Shown one piece after another: positions 10,612-20,353 of a stretch of 29,275 nt of DNA. Made by a program: the position numbers and the translations under genes. Positions within the stretch are counted from its first letter, which is position 1; each line of letters starts with the position of its first letter. Location: positions 1 to 29,275 of the forward strand of contig JAAUPN010000024.1 of NCBI GenBank assembly GCA_012033105.1. Direction: 5' to 3'. Under the pieces are notes generated by a model. It was not told the DNA's origin and did not search any database. It worked only from the letters and a program-made list of their open reading frames with translations. Source of the stretch: Coleofasciculaceae cyanobacterium RL_1_1. Lineage in GTDB: Bacteria > Cyanobacteriota > Cyanobacteriia > Cyanobacteriales > Geitlerinemataceae.

Positions 10612-11325
10612 ATGCTCGACAAGCAAGGTATAGGGCATGGGTTACGCGAGGCGGCACGCGGCGGAGTCCGTCCGATTGCGTCAACGATCGCGCTAGTTAT
10701 GATGATCGCGGCGAATGTGATGACTGACCGTATCCCGGCGATCGCTGTCGGCAATACGAACACGACCGATCATTCCGTAACGCCATCCGCTCGCGATCGG
10801 GGTCAAACCCAGGCCAACGATCTCGACTCAGACCAAAATACAGCCCCAAACTCTAGCGATTCGACCGGCGATTCGCCTTCAATCGGCGATACGACCGAGC
10901 CGAGCTGTCCGCACGAGATCAATACCTTAGCCCGTGAGCTTCTCGACGATTTCCCGAGCTACTACAATCGCACGCTGATTCGTAGCCGTCTCCCTGGCAG
11001 ATCTGCCGGAACCACCCGCGTGTTAATTGCCAGCGATCCGAAAATCTTTGGCGCGGAGGAGCTAGCTGAGTTTGATAGCTCGGCGATCGAGGGCTTTTTC
11101 TTCACCACGCTGGAACGCACCTACCGTAATGGTCAGGCGGTGCAACAACAGGGATTTCACCAGATTTTTCTAACGCGGGATGTGATCGGTTGGCTCGTGG
11201 TGACGACGCGATCAGGGTGGGGTGATTATCCGGCGGGCGATCGAATGACGCCGCCGATCGAAAGCAGTTCGGGGCTACTCGTGCAAACGGTGCGAACTTG
11301 GTTGCGCGACTGTGAAGCGCGTTAG
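10612..11325 (+). CDS. hypothetical protein with a hydrophobic N-terminus and an S/T/D-rich low-complexity region
   Basis: This is an ORF only. I recognise no motif. The gene is divergent from the DUF218 gene. Confidence 0.4.
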   Translation: MLDKQGIGHGLREAARGGVRPIASTIALVMMIAANVMTDRIPAIAVGNTNTTDHSVTPSARDRGQTQANDLDSDQNTAPNSSDSTGDSPSIGDTTEPSCPHEINTLARELLDDFPSYYNRTLIRSRLPGRSAGTTRVLIASDPKIFGAEELAEFDSSAIEGFFFTTLERTYRNGQAVQQQGFHQIFLTRDVIGWLVVTTRSGWGDYPAGDRMTPPIESSSGLLVQTVRTWLRDCEAR

Positions 11326-11401
11326 ATGTTGTGAATCGTAAGTCAATATCGTCATTCGAGTGAAGCACGAGATATCTTGACCTAGCTGGTCGAACTCAAA
11401 G

Positions 11402-11475
11402 ACCGCACTTCGACTCCGCTCAGTGCTCTTTCGACTCCGCTCAGTGCTCTTTCGACTCCGCTCAGTGCTCTTCGG
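11402..11475 (-). repeat. repeat copy C: tandem array of 3 x 21-bp units (tttcgactccgctcagtgctc) ending in a full stem-bearing unit
   Basis: The 21-bp period can be read directly. The array lies between the hypothetical gene and wecB. Confidence 0.6.
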
Positions 11476-11575
11476 TTGGTCTCATCGTGAACGGCAATGA
11501 CGATAAATCCAATGTCAAGAGCTGTGTAGACCGATCGCGCTAAAATTGTGCGATTCATGCTCCCCTGATTTCACC

Positions 11576-12688
11576 ATGTCCGACCCCATCCGCGTTTGCA
11601 TCACCCTTGGGACGCGCCCCGAAGCCATCAAGCTTGCGCCTGTGATCCGGGCATTTCGCCAGTGCGATCGCTTTGATACTCAAGTGGTGCTAACCGGGCA
11701 ACATCGCGAGATGGTGCAGCAGGTGATGGCACTGTTTGATCTGACCGGCGATCGCGATCTCGATATCATGCAACCGCGCCAAACCCTGACGGATATCACC
11801 TGTCGCAGCTTGCAAGGGCTCGAAGCGGTGTTTCAGGAGCTTCAGCCGCAAATCGTCCTGGTGCAAGGGGACACCACCACCGCATTTGCCGCAGCTCTCG
11901 CGGCGTTTTACCAACAAATCCCGATCGGTCACGTCGAAGCGGGTCTACGCACCGATAATCTGTTTGATCCATTTCCCGAAGAGGCGAACCGGCGGCTGAT
12001 TTCCCAGATCGCCACGCTGCACTTTGCGCCCACCAACCAATCCGTCGCGAATTTGCATCATTCCGGCGTCGTCGGCGCGATTCACCAGACGGGTAACACG
12101 GTGATTGATGCGTTGCTGTCGATCGCCGATCGGCATCCGGCCTGCGATGTGCCGGGATTGGTTTGGGAGGATTATCGCGTGTTGCTCGCGACGGTACACC
12201 GCCGGGAAAATTGGGGTGATAACTTGGTCAACATCGCAGCGGGCTTTAAGGCGACGCTTGATCGGTTTCCCGATACGGCTCTACTGCTGCCGCTGCATCG
12301 TAACCCCACTGTCCGCGAACCGCTCCAAGCTGCCCTCGGCGACCATCCCCGCGCTTTTCTCGTCGAACCGCTCGACTATACGGCCTTGGTTGGCGCGATC
12401 GATCGCTGTCATTTCCTGCTGACCGATTCCGGTGGCTTGCAAGAGGAAGCGCCATCCTTGGGTAAGCCGGTGTTGGTGTTGCGCGAAACGACGGAACGAC
12501 CGGAAGCGGTGGACGCGGGAACGGCCAAGCTGATCGGCACTGATCGCGATCGTATCCTCGCCGAAGCTTCGACACTGCTTGAATCCACCACCGCCTACGA
12601 ACACATGGCGAATGCCGTCAACCCGTTCGGAGACGGTCAGGCATCGGATCGCATTGTTCAGATTGTGTCGGAGTTGTTTGAGACGTAG
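11576..12688 (+). CDS. wecB: UDP-N-acetylglucosamine 2-epimerase (non-hydrolysing)
   Basis: The sequence IRVCITLGTRPEAIKLAPVI...VLTGQHREM...DIM...HVEAGLRT...HFAPT is the WecB/MnaA signature. The start is probably the internal Met MSDPIRV. Confidence 0.85.
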   Translation: MSDPIRVCITLGTRPEAIKLAPVIRAFRQCDRFDTQVVLTGQHREMVQQVMALFDLTGDRDLDIMQPRQTLTDITCRSLQGLEAVFQELQPQIVLVQGDTTTAFAAALAAFYQQIPIGHVEAGLRTDNLFDPFPEEANRRLISQIATLHFAPTNQSVANLHHSGVVGAIHQTGNTVIDALLSIADRHPACDVPGLVWEDYRVLLATVHRRENWGDNLVNIAAGFKATLDRFPDTALLLPLHRNPTVREPLQAALGDHPRAFLVEPLDYTALVGAIDRCHFLLTDSGGLQEEAPSLGKPVLVLRETTERPEAVDAGTAKLIGTDRDRILAEASTLLESTTAYEHMANAVNPFGDGQASDRIVQIVSELFET

Positions 12689-12706
12689 GCCAAAATCTAA
12701 AACTCG

Positions 12707-15316
12707 CTAACTGCGGGGCGGCTGAGATAAGGACGACGAGGAAATCGGACTCCGATCGGACGGTAACGACTGCATCTGAGCCAGGATGCTGTGTTCGTCA
12801 GGTTGATTTGCCTGCCAGCGATGCTCAAACAAAAATTTGGCAACCTCATAGGTTGCAAGGGGAGGCGTAATGCGATAGCCCTGAGCGTGGGTACAGCCCA
12901 GCCGCTGGAGAAGCATCACCTGCTCATTGGTTTCGACACCTTCCGCCACAACCCGCAGATTTAGCCCGCGCCCCAGGGCCACGATCGTCGAGACGATCGC
13001 CATGTCCCGTGGATCTTGATGCAGATTGCAGATAAAAGCCCGGTCAATTTTAAGCGCACTCACAGGAAAGCGTTTGAGATAGCCCAGCGACGAATAGCCC
13101 GTACCAAAATCATCCAGCGCGAGATGAACCCCCATATGAGCGAGCTGCTTTAAAATTGACTGCGCCCGGTCAATATTTTTCGCCAGTACAGTTTCCGTCA
13201 GCTCAAGCTCGATAAACTCCGGGGCGATTTCGAGATCTTGGAGTAAGCGCTCTAGGGTATGACAAAAACCAGCTTTCTCAAACTGCCGAATCGATAAATT
13301 AATCGCAACTCGCAAATGGGGAAACCCCATCGCGTGCCACGCTTTTAACTGGGTACAGGCTTGGGTGATCAGCCAGCGACCGATCGGCACGATCGAGCCG
13401 GTTTCCTCCGCGATCGGAATGAAACGACTCGGCGACACAATCCCAAAATGCGGATGACGCCACCGCAACAGCGCCTCGATCAAGACCACATCTCCCGTCA
13501 TCAAATCAATTTGCGGCTGATAGTACACACTCAGCTCATCGCGATCGAGCGCGTGCTGAATCGCATACTCCAGCGAGGCTTGCTCCGTCACCTGCTCGGT
13601 TAACACCGATCGAAACAACTTGTAGACATTGCGCCCCGAATCTTTGGCATGGTAGAGCGCTGTATCTGCATGTTTGAGCAACGTCCGGCTATCCGTACCG
13701 TGAGCCGGGTACATCGCAATCCCGAGGCTACAGCCAATCTTGATCGGGCGATAGTCCGGGCCAATATCAAATGGTTCTTCCAGTGCCGTCAAAATGCGGC
13801 TGGCGATCTCCGCTGCAAGCTGCTCATTCGGCAGATCCGGCAACAAAATCGTAAACTCATCGCCACCCCAGCGGGCCACGATGTCGCTGCTCCGCACACA
13901 GTGTTCGAGTCTTCGGGCAAATTGAATAATGATCGTATCGCCCACATCATGACCGAGGGTATCGTTGATCGTCTTGAACCGATCGAGATCCGCAAACATC
14001 ACCCCAAAATGCGATCCATCTTGCGCGGCTTGATCGAGAATCAAAGCCAGATCGCGATCGAAGGCCATACGATTGGCAACACCCGTCAATCCATCCCGAA
14101 ACACCTGTTTATGAATCACCTGTTCAACGCGTTTTCGGTTCGTAATATCGCGCAAAATGACCAACACTTCATCGTCTGAGGTCGCGACACATCGACCTTC
14201 AAAAATCGAGTCTTGATCCTCCGTTTGCCAGGTCAGCTCAAAAATGTACGCCTGGGAATACCGCAGCGGTGTTTGCTCGATCGCTGTTTTGAGCGGATCG
14301 GCGACCGATACCGGTAAGCAGTTCATCAATGTATCCCCAATATGCCGCGCAAAGTCGAACGGTAACGACTTATCGAGCGGCGCATGATAACCCGCAATTC
14401 TCCCATCGCGCGACAGGCACAACATGGCATCCGGTATCGCTTCAACCAAAGCTCGTGTCGTCGCCTCGCTATTTCGTAGCGCAACTTCCGTTTTGTAGCG
14501 CTCCGTAATTTCAATGCTGTAGACGCGAACCAATTGCAAATTATGTAAGACATGGATCGACTGATCAAAAATGCGATCGCCAACACTGAGCGTGCGGCGA
14601 ATCAGACGACGACCCGACAGATGCTCCTCAAGATCAAAATCCGCCAATAGGGGATGCGGTGGTGATGCTGACTCACGGCCCGCCCCGTTCGGAAATTCAA
14701 TCAGGGCTACCGGATTAAGATACGTAATTTGTCCGTGAAAATTGAGTTCAATAATCGGATGAGGCAATAAACGCGGAAATGAAGCAAGACGGTTTAGCTC
14801 GGCTTCAGAATCCTGAGCAATTTGGTGAGGGGGAATCAGGATAGTGCCTTGAGCGCAATCATCATGGTGTGCTTTCTCAGTTTCAGAGTGGGAAGCTACC
14901 ACAGACGAGAATGGCGAAACTTCTGAAACAATACGCTCTGTGATGGATATCGCTTGAATTTGAGATAGTTGATAGAATTCGGCCTTTGCTCCTCCCCCAA
15001 AAACAATCGTATCGCCATGCTGTAATTCGTGAGACTCTTTGCGAGTTCCGTTAATCGTTAAGCCATTGGTGCTACGTTCTGACTCTGAACTTCCACCATC
15101 AATAATCCAATAGATCGGTGTACCAGAGTTTGGACTTTCGATCGCCAGTAAATGAGCATGATGTCGCGAAACAATTGGTGAGTGGAGAACAATATCGCAG
15201 TCCAAACTACGCCCTATTGAGTAAAACGAGCTATCGAGTATGATTGCACGCCGACTTCGTTCATCCTCTACAATCAGTAGCTGTTTACGAGTCGCAGGTC
15301 TAGACATTGTTCTCAT
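12707..15316 (-). CDS. multidomain c-di-GMP signalling protein: FHA - PAS - GGDEF - EAL
   Basis: The N-terminal FHA domain reads YSIGRSLDCDIVL..VSRHHAHL...NGTRING. PAS-like segments follow. The GGDEF motif reads RWGGDEF and the EAL domain reads QPQIDL..EALLRW...DDFGTGYSSL. Confidence 0.85.
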   Translation of the reverse strand: MRTMSRPATRKQLLIVEDERSRRAIILDSSFYSIGRSLDCDIVLHSPIVSRHHAHLLAIESPNSGTPIYWIIDGGSSESERSTNGLTINGTRKESHELQHGDTIVFGGGAKAEFYQLSQIQAISITERIVSEVSPFSSVVASHSETEKAHHDDCAQGTILIPPHQIAQDSEAELNRLASFPRLLPHPIIELNFHGQITYLNPVALIEFPNGAGRESASPPHPLLADFDLEEHLSGRRLIRRTLSVGDRIFDQSIHVLHNLQLVRVYSIEITERYKTEVALRNSEATTRALVEAIPDAMLCLSRDGRIAGYHAPLDKSLPFDFARHIGDTLMNCLPVSVADPLKTAIEQTPLRYSQAYIFELTWQTEDQDSIFEGRCVATSDDEVLVILRDITNRKRVEQVIHKQVFRDGLTGVANRMAFDRDLALILDQAAQDGSHFGVMFADLDRFKTINDTLGHDVGDTIIIQFARRLEHCVRSSDIVARWGGDEFTILLPDLPNEQLAAEIASRILTALEEPFDIGPDYRPIKIGCSLGIAMYPAHGTDSRTLLKHADTALYHAKDSGRNVYKLFRSVLTEQVTEQASLEYAIQHALDRDELSVYYQPQIDLMTGDVVLIEALLRWRHPHFGIVSPSRFIPIAEETGSIVPIGRWLITQACTQLKAWHAMGFPHLRVAINLSIRQFEKAGFCHTLERLLQDLEIAPEFIELELTETVLAKNIDRAQSILKQLAHMGVHLALDDFGTGYSSLGYLKRFPVSALKIDRAFICNLHQDPRDMAIVSTIVALGRGLNLRVVAEGVETNEQVMLLQRLGCTHAQGYRITPPLATYEVAKFLFEHRWQANQPDEHSILAQMQSLPSDRSPISSSSLSQPPRS

Positions 15317-15650
15317 CGTCGCTTAGATCACAGGCGAAATAAATAGACCGTCCATCACTCCTACATCAATATTGCTTCAATCATAATTCTGAATTATTCA
15401 AAGTTAGGAGTAGAAACAATATATCATATCTTTAATTCAATGAAATTAGCTTATATTGTGATCCACAAATAAAATCTAAAATCAATCTAAAATAGAGGAA
15501 TAAAAAACAAACTGAACAGATTATAAAGTTTTGACTACTGGGTTTTAAGATTTTTAGAATTACTTGTAGATAATACGTACTTGACGGGTTGTTTTGAGCT
15601 TGAAAAACGCAAGTATTTTGGTATTTAACTCAATTCTGCAAGGTGCAAAA
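15317..15650. promoter_or_regulatory. strongly AT-rich (<30% GC) leader/promoter island upstream of the FHA-GGDEF-EAL gene
   Basis: Composition drops sharply relative to the ~58% GC flanks. The island contains short direct repeats (aaatctaaaatcaatctaaaat) and a TGTTGT-caaa-ACAACA palindrome at 15677-15692. Confidence 0.4.
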
Positions 15651-15904
15651 TGTATCGATTCTATTTGTTCTCAGAGATGCGTGTTGTCAAAACAACATAG
15701 GTCACAATACCTGTGAATCATCTTCGAGCAGCCATGACAGTATTAGTAGCAGAATGACGAAGAGTATCCAGTGTGGTGGAGCGATACCCATGATGGAGTC
15801 GATCGGAATCTCGATGATGAGACGATGAGCAACGAGGCTCACCAGCACAATCAAAAAAAGCAAGACAATCGCCACAATTTCAAGATTTGAGTGGAAGGTG
15901 CGGT

Positions 15905-16813
15905 TTAAGCCATCGGTAAAGAATAGGAATCAGTATTTAGGCTTGTGGATGGATTTTGAGTCGGGCGATCGGTTTGAATGCCAAGAAGACGATTCAGCTT
16001 GCCGCTTTGCAGTCCTTCTAGATCAAGCGTGACAAATAGAAATCCAAGCTCTTGGAATTTTTCGACGAGATCGGGTAGAGCAATTTGGTTGACAAAATCA
16101 ACGATTTGCTCGGCGGGTAGTTCGATACGAGCCGTATCACCTTGCGATCGCACCCGTAGCTCGTTCCAGCCCAACCGACGCAGATGAACCTCGGCGCGGC
16201 CAACTCGTCGCAATTTGTCGATCGTGATTTCTTCGCCGTAGGGAAAGCGGGATGATAAACAGGGTTGAGAGGGTTTTTCCCACCAGGTCAGCCCGAGAGC
16301 ACGGGAGAGATCTCGCACTTCAGCTTTCGTGATCTCGACTTCCGCAAGGGGCGATCGCACACCGCGTTCTTTGGCGGCTTGGATGCCGGGTCGGTAATCG
16401 CTGAGATCATCGGCGTTCACGCCGTCGATGACGTAGGGAAAATTACGTTGGAGGGCGATCGGCTTGAGGGTGTCGTGTAGCTCGCTTTTGCAGAAGTAGC
16501 AGCGGTTGATCGGGTTTGAGGTGTAGTCGGGGTTGTCCATTTCGTGGGTTTGGACTTCTTCGTGGCGAATGCCGATCGTGGCGGCCTGCACGCGAGCATC
16601 TTCGAGATCTTCGGGCAATAGCGATGGTGAAATGGCGGTGATCGCTAGGGCGCGATCGCCAAATAAATCGTAGGCAACTTTGGCGACGAGGGTGCTGTCG
16701 ATACCGCCAGAGTAGGCGATCGGTACGGGGCCAATCTTGCGGAGTAGGGTGTTGAGGCGATTGAGTTTGGCGGTGGTCGTGGGGGAAAGATCGGTGGTGG
16801 TAGAAAGAGGCAT
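15905..16813 (-). CDS. larE: LarE-family PP-loop ATP pyrophosphatase (ATP-dependent sulfur transferase-like, TIGR00268-type)
   Basis: The PP-loop reads YSGGIDST. The motifs CYFCK, DGVNADDLSDYRPG, SRFPYGEEIT and ARIELP follow in the same order as in LarE. Confidence 0.75.
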   Translation of the reverse strand: MPLSTTTDLSPTTTAKLNRLNTLLRKIGPVPIAYSGGIDSTLVAKVAYDLFGDRALAITAISPSLLPEDLEDARVQAATIGIRHEEVQTHEMDNPDYTSNPINRCYFCKSELHDTLKPIALQRNFPYVIDGVNADDLSDYRPGIQAAKERGVRSPLAEVEITKAEVRDLSRALGLTWWEKPSQPCLSSRFPYGEEITIDKLRRVGRAEVHLRRLGWNELRVRSQGDTARIELPAEQIVDFVNQIALPDLVEKFQELGFLFVTLDLEGLQSGKLNRLLGIQTDRPTQNPSTSLNTDSYSLPMA

Positions 16814-16891
16814 GGTGGGAGAAGTTGTGAGGATCGCGATACCGGAAAATCTCGTAGTGCGGGCTGCTAGCCTGCGAGAAAACAGGCTTGT

Positions 16892-17848
16892 TTAAACATG
16901 ATGAAACGGCAGGGCTAATAGTGGAAAACAGGCGAGGACAGCCCACAGCCAGCCGTTAATCTTGAAGGTGAGTTGATCCGCTTGGTGATCGGCATTCTGG
17001 ATCATGATCATTGATTGATCAGGGTCGATTTCGGGGTCAATTAAGGCCGTGATTCGGGCTTCAAAGCTGTCTATGGATGTGAAATCATGAAAGCCGATCC
17101 CGGCAATGATGGGGGTGGAGGTCGCGGTCTGGGTGGAGTCTTGTTGAGCCGATCGCGCGACGGTTAGCAGGGTGTCAGCGAGCAACAGGGGATCGATATA
17201 CTGAGCCGCCCAGCGATCGGCGCGTAGTTCGCGCAGCAGGATCAGCTCGTGCCAAATCTCGCGCGTTTCGGGCAGCCAGCTCGTCCAGCGTCGCAGCCAG
17301 CCCAGTAGAAAGAAGGTGAGGGTGTCATGGTAGTGAGCGTGGGCGCATTCGTGGGCGATGATCGCTTCGAGTTGCTCAGACGACAGACTCGTAAGGAGCG
17401 ATCGCCCGATGGTCAATTCGGGTTTGATAATGCCGACCTGCCCTGCGAACCAGGAGGGCGAGGCAATGGTACGAAGTTCGAGGGTTTGGTCTAGGGTTGG
17501 CGAGATGAACGCTGTCTTCGGGTAGTGCTGTAGTTCGCGCTGAATCTGCCCCGATCGCCCCAAAAGTGCAATCAGCAAGACGGTAATGGCGGCGATCAGA
17601 CTGCCGCTGCACCAGAGGCCGATCGCACTGACGGAATAGCCAAACATTGTCCCGTGTGTCCCCATCACGACCACGGCTAGGACGGCGATCATGCACCACA
17701 GGGCAGGTACAACAATCGCGCCGATCGCCCACGACCAACGTTCACGCCACGATCGCGCTTCGAGATGACAGCGCTCGATCGCGCCGACACAATACCGGCG
17801 AGTTCCCCAGGCTCCGGCCACGGCCAAGAGCAAAATTGCAATATGCAT
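16892..17848 (-). CDS. BlaR1/MecR1-type M56 peptidase signal-transducer membrane protein
   Basis: Four predicted TM helices are followed by the zinc-peptidase motif HECAHAHYHD (HExxH). The gene overlaps the BlaI-like repressor at ATGA (17848). Confidence 0.7.
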   Translation of the reverse strand: MHIAILLLAVAGAWGTRRYCVGAIERCHLEARSWRERWSWAIGAIVVPALWCMIAVLAVVVMGTHGTMFGYSVSAIGLWCSGSLIAAITVLLIALLGRSGQIQRELQHYPKTAFISPTLDQTLELRTIASPSWFAGQVGIIKPELTIGRSLLTSLSSEQLEAIIAHECAHAHYHDTLTFFLLGWLRRWTSWLPETREIWHELILLRELRADRWAAQYIDPLLLADTLLTVARSAQQDSTQTATSTPIIAGIGFHDFTSIDSFEARITALIDPEIDPDQSMIMIQNADHQADQLTFKINGWLWAVLACFPLLALPFHHV

Positions 17849-18270
17849 TAACCTTCCTCCTCGCGTTGACGGCGAACATCGCGCAGACGCTGGGCGATCG
17901 CATCCAGGCGATCCAGGCTATCGCGATCGAGATTGTCGGCAAAGGCGGCGACCACGTCCGCGTTGCCCAGTTCTAAGAAGTTGCTGAGATGTTCCCGCGC
18001 CCGCAACACACGCGCCGACTGGCGATCAATGGTGGCACTCCAGAGAAACGCGCGGCTTTGTTTGGTGCGCTTGACCCAGCCTTTGTCCTCCAAGCGCTGC
18101 AAGATCGTGGTCACGGAGGAATACGCCAGTTCGCGATCGGGATCAGATAAAATCCGTTCATGGATCGATCGAGCCGTCACCGGTTCGAGATCCCAGAGGA
18201 TGTCAATAATTTCGCTTTCAAGCGAGCCGAGAAATAACCGTTTGGGCTGCGGTTCCGGGAATGCTGTCAT
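17848..18270 (-). CDS. BlaI/MecI/CopY-family winged-helix transcriptional repressor
   Basis: The sequence LGSLESEIIDILWDLEPVTARSIHERILSD..YSSVTTILQRLEDKGWV is the penicillinase-repressor fold signature. The 140-aa size fits. Confidence 0.8.
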   Translation of the reverse strand: MTAFPEPQPKRLFLGSLESEIIDILWDLEPVTARSIHERILSDPDRELAYSSVTTILQRLEDKGWVKRTKQSRAFLWSATIDRQSARVLRAREHLSNFLELGNADVVAAFADNLDRDSLDRLDAIAQRLRDVRRQREEEG

Positions 18271-18443
18271 CCGTTTTACGAGTTAATGAATGTAGGCAAT
18301 GCGACGTATCGTCTAGCTTAAACAGTTTTCGGGTCTTCGACGAGTTCGGCGAAAAGTTTGAGATCCATAGTTTCATGCAGGACCGACGTAACCCAAGCAT
18401 CCTGCCTGTCCCCGAGCAAGCTAGAGGCGTGGGCTAGGCAGAA

Positions 18444-18700
18444 AGGGCAAACGCATACTCAGTTTTCATCGCAAATCAAGTCGGGGTTCGAGCACTGAGC
18501 TTGTCGTTGGCGCAGCCTTCGCTTTGCGAATAGTGCGGCCACTTCCTACGAAAATCGCCAGCCTTCGACCAGCTCAGGCGGGACTTACGCAGAAGTCCGA
18601 CTTCTAAACGAAACGTCGTCGTTCTAACTCTCAGAACAACGGGAGAAGTCGGACTTCTCACACCCCTTGCGTAAGTCCCGGTGGGGTATGCGTTTGCCCT
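18444..18700. repeat. 257-bp nested inverted-repeat (MITE-like or structured-RNA) element
   Basis: The outer inverted repeats are perfect 15-bp terminal inverted repeats, agggcaaacgcatac at 18444-18458 and gtatgcgtttgccct at 18686-18700. Inside them are 27-bp arms (cgggacttacgc-agaagtccgacttct) with a 10-bp bulge and an inner 5-bp hairpin. Confidence 0.5.
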
Positions 18701-18756
18701 GCGATAGATCGAAAACCAGCCCCGCAACCCGGATCAGCGCAGCTATGGGCGAGATG

Positions 18757-20275
18757 TTAGCCGGTACGCCAGACCAGTTTTAAACGGAGTAACCAACGGG
18801 TAAACAGGGCGACGAAGAGTGTGTAGACGATCGCCCGCATCATGGCTAAAACGGGCGCTTGGGTGAGTAAGCTCAACCCTGGATGGAGGCGCGTCAGATT
18901 AAACAGCGGGAGCAGCACATTGGCATAGGCGACGTAGGCCACCATGGGATTGCGGCCATTGTCGATCGCCAGTTGCAGCCAGCGCCGTGTCTGAAAGGGT
19001 TGATCGAAATCCTCGATCGCGATCGTCAGATTCACCCACAAAAACAGCGACATCGCGACGGTAATGAAAAAGTAGCTTAGGGTCGGTGGATCTTTGTGAA
19101 TGCCGTCTTGAAACGGTTCAAAAATAGCCCCAGGATCAGCCAATACGATCCCCAGCGGATGAGCTGCGAGCGAAATCGATCGCGAGCGGCGAGGGTTGTT
19201 CCACGGGGTAGGCTTGCGAGGATGATCACCATGCCGCCGATCGCGATCGTCGTCGTCAGTCCGACCCAACGCCCTTGTAAACCGACCAGTAACACCAGTA
19301 ACATCACGCCCAATAGCTTGGCGATCGCCAACCAACGCCAGCGAGAGACCCGAGGAATTTCGACCTCGCGACTCGTCTCCAGCGCTCGATCGCGCCAGTA
19401 GCGCAGCAGCAAATCGCCCGCGATCGTTCCCGGCACGACGATCAACAGATATTGCAGATATTCCACCCGAAACAGCCAGGGGATCGGCGAACCATTCCAC
19501 AGTGACATAACCCAGCCGTCCGCCGTCGCCGATATTCGCAACGCCAACAGCAACACCAACGCCCCCGAGCCGCCACCGACCATCGCGATCGCGTCACCAG
19601 CCACAGCAGCGAGCCGCCCAGCGACGAGACCGCCAACAACATTAAAATCACGTCTTGCCGTGCCAGATCAAACCCGGTATCGTCACGAAACGGCAGGATC
19701 GCCAGCAAAACCACGATCGCCAGCCAGCCGCCAAGCTTGGCCGCGATCGGCAGCCAGCGAGGACACCGCGATCGCCAGGATTGCGGCCAACGCACATACA
19801 CCAACGTCAACAGCCCAAACCCAAGTAGCGTTAACCCCCAGGTGAGATCCGTGGGTTTGGCGCTGAGGTGGTTTGGGCGGAAATGTTGCAGGACGATCGC
19901 GAAGGCGCTGAGTTCGAGCCAGCGGCGGGCGATATCCCCAAGAAGACGGGCGATCGCGATCGGAGTTAACGGACGATCACCGACGAGGCGATCAATTCGC
20001 CGCGACAGTGCGAGCGGAATCGAGACGCCCATCACAAACAAAAACAGCGGAAACACCCAATCCACCCAAGTCAAACCGGGCAGCAGGGGATCAAAAATAA
20101 AATCGGGGGGCGCGACCTGGGCGTGATACATCCAGGCTGGCAGCGGCGGTTTGCGGGGAACCAGCCCGGAAAAGACCATCATCAAGACCGCAAGACCGCG
20201 CAGGGCATCGAGGGCGTCGGCGCGATCGATGCCAGGGTTAACCGAGGTGGACTCCGGAGGCGGTGAATCGTGCAT
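18757..20275 (-). CDS. DUF1624/DUF5009 (HGSNAT-like) polytopic membrane protein with C-terminal extension; two apparent frameshifts (about 19560-19600 and 19080-19130)
   Basis: Three overlapping minus-strand ORFs (19442..20275, 19077..19604, 18757..19500) are each hydrophobic and in different frames. The N-terminal motifs LDALRGLAVLMMVF and VDWVFPLFLFVMGVSIPLA are typical of DUF1624. Confidence 0.5.
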
Positions 20276-20353
20276 AGGTTAATGCCGTGGGAGCATCGAA
20301 TAGAACATCGAACCCGTGACCACTGCACTAACCTCTCACCCAACGCTCAAGGA

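Noticed and set aside
11402-11475. Possible CRISPR array
   Set aside because: There are only three 21-bp units, directly abutting, with no spacers. It is a tandem repeat and not a CRISPR array.
11690-12604. Multiple antisense or alternate-frame ORFs within wecB
   Set aside because: They overlap a confidently assigned gene and carry no motifs.
15643-15904. 61-aa plus-strand ORF 15643..15828 and a 57-aa minus-strand hydrophobic ORF (GTG start) between larE and the AT-rich island
   Set aside because: Both are in an AT-rich region where ORFs arise by chance. Neither has an ATG start or a clear RBS. I flagged the region as regulatory instead.
16443-16946. 167-aa minus-strand ORF overlapping the 5' half of larE
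   Set aside because: It lies in a different frame from the strongly supported LarE ORF and is His/Arg/Pro-rich. It is most likely spurious.
18471-18495. GGGGTTCGAGC, which resembles a tRNA T-loop
   Set aside because: No acceptor or anticodon stems can be formed around it. It is part of the repeat element and not a tRNA gene.
18476-18727. 83-aa ORF inside the nested inverted-repeat element
   Set aside because: It lies entirely within a highly structured repeat. The open frame is likely incidental.
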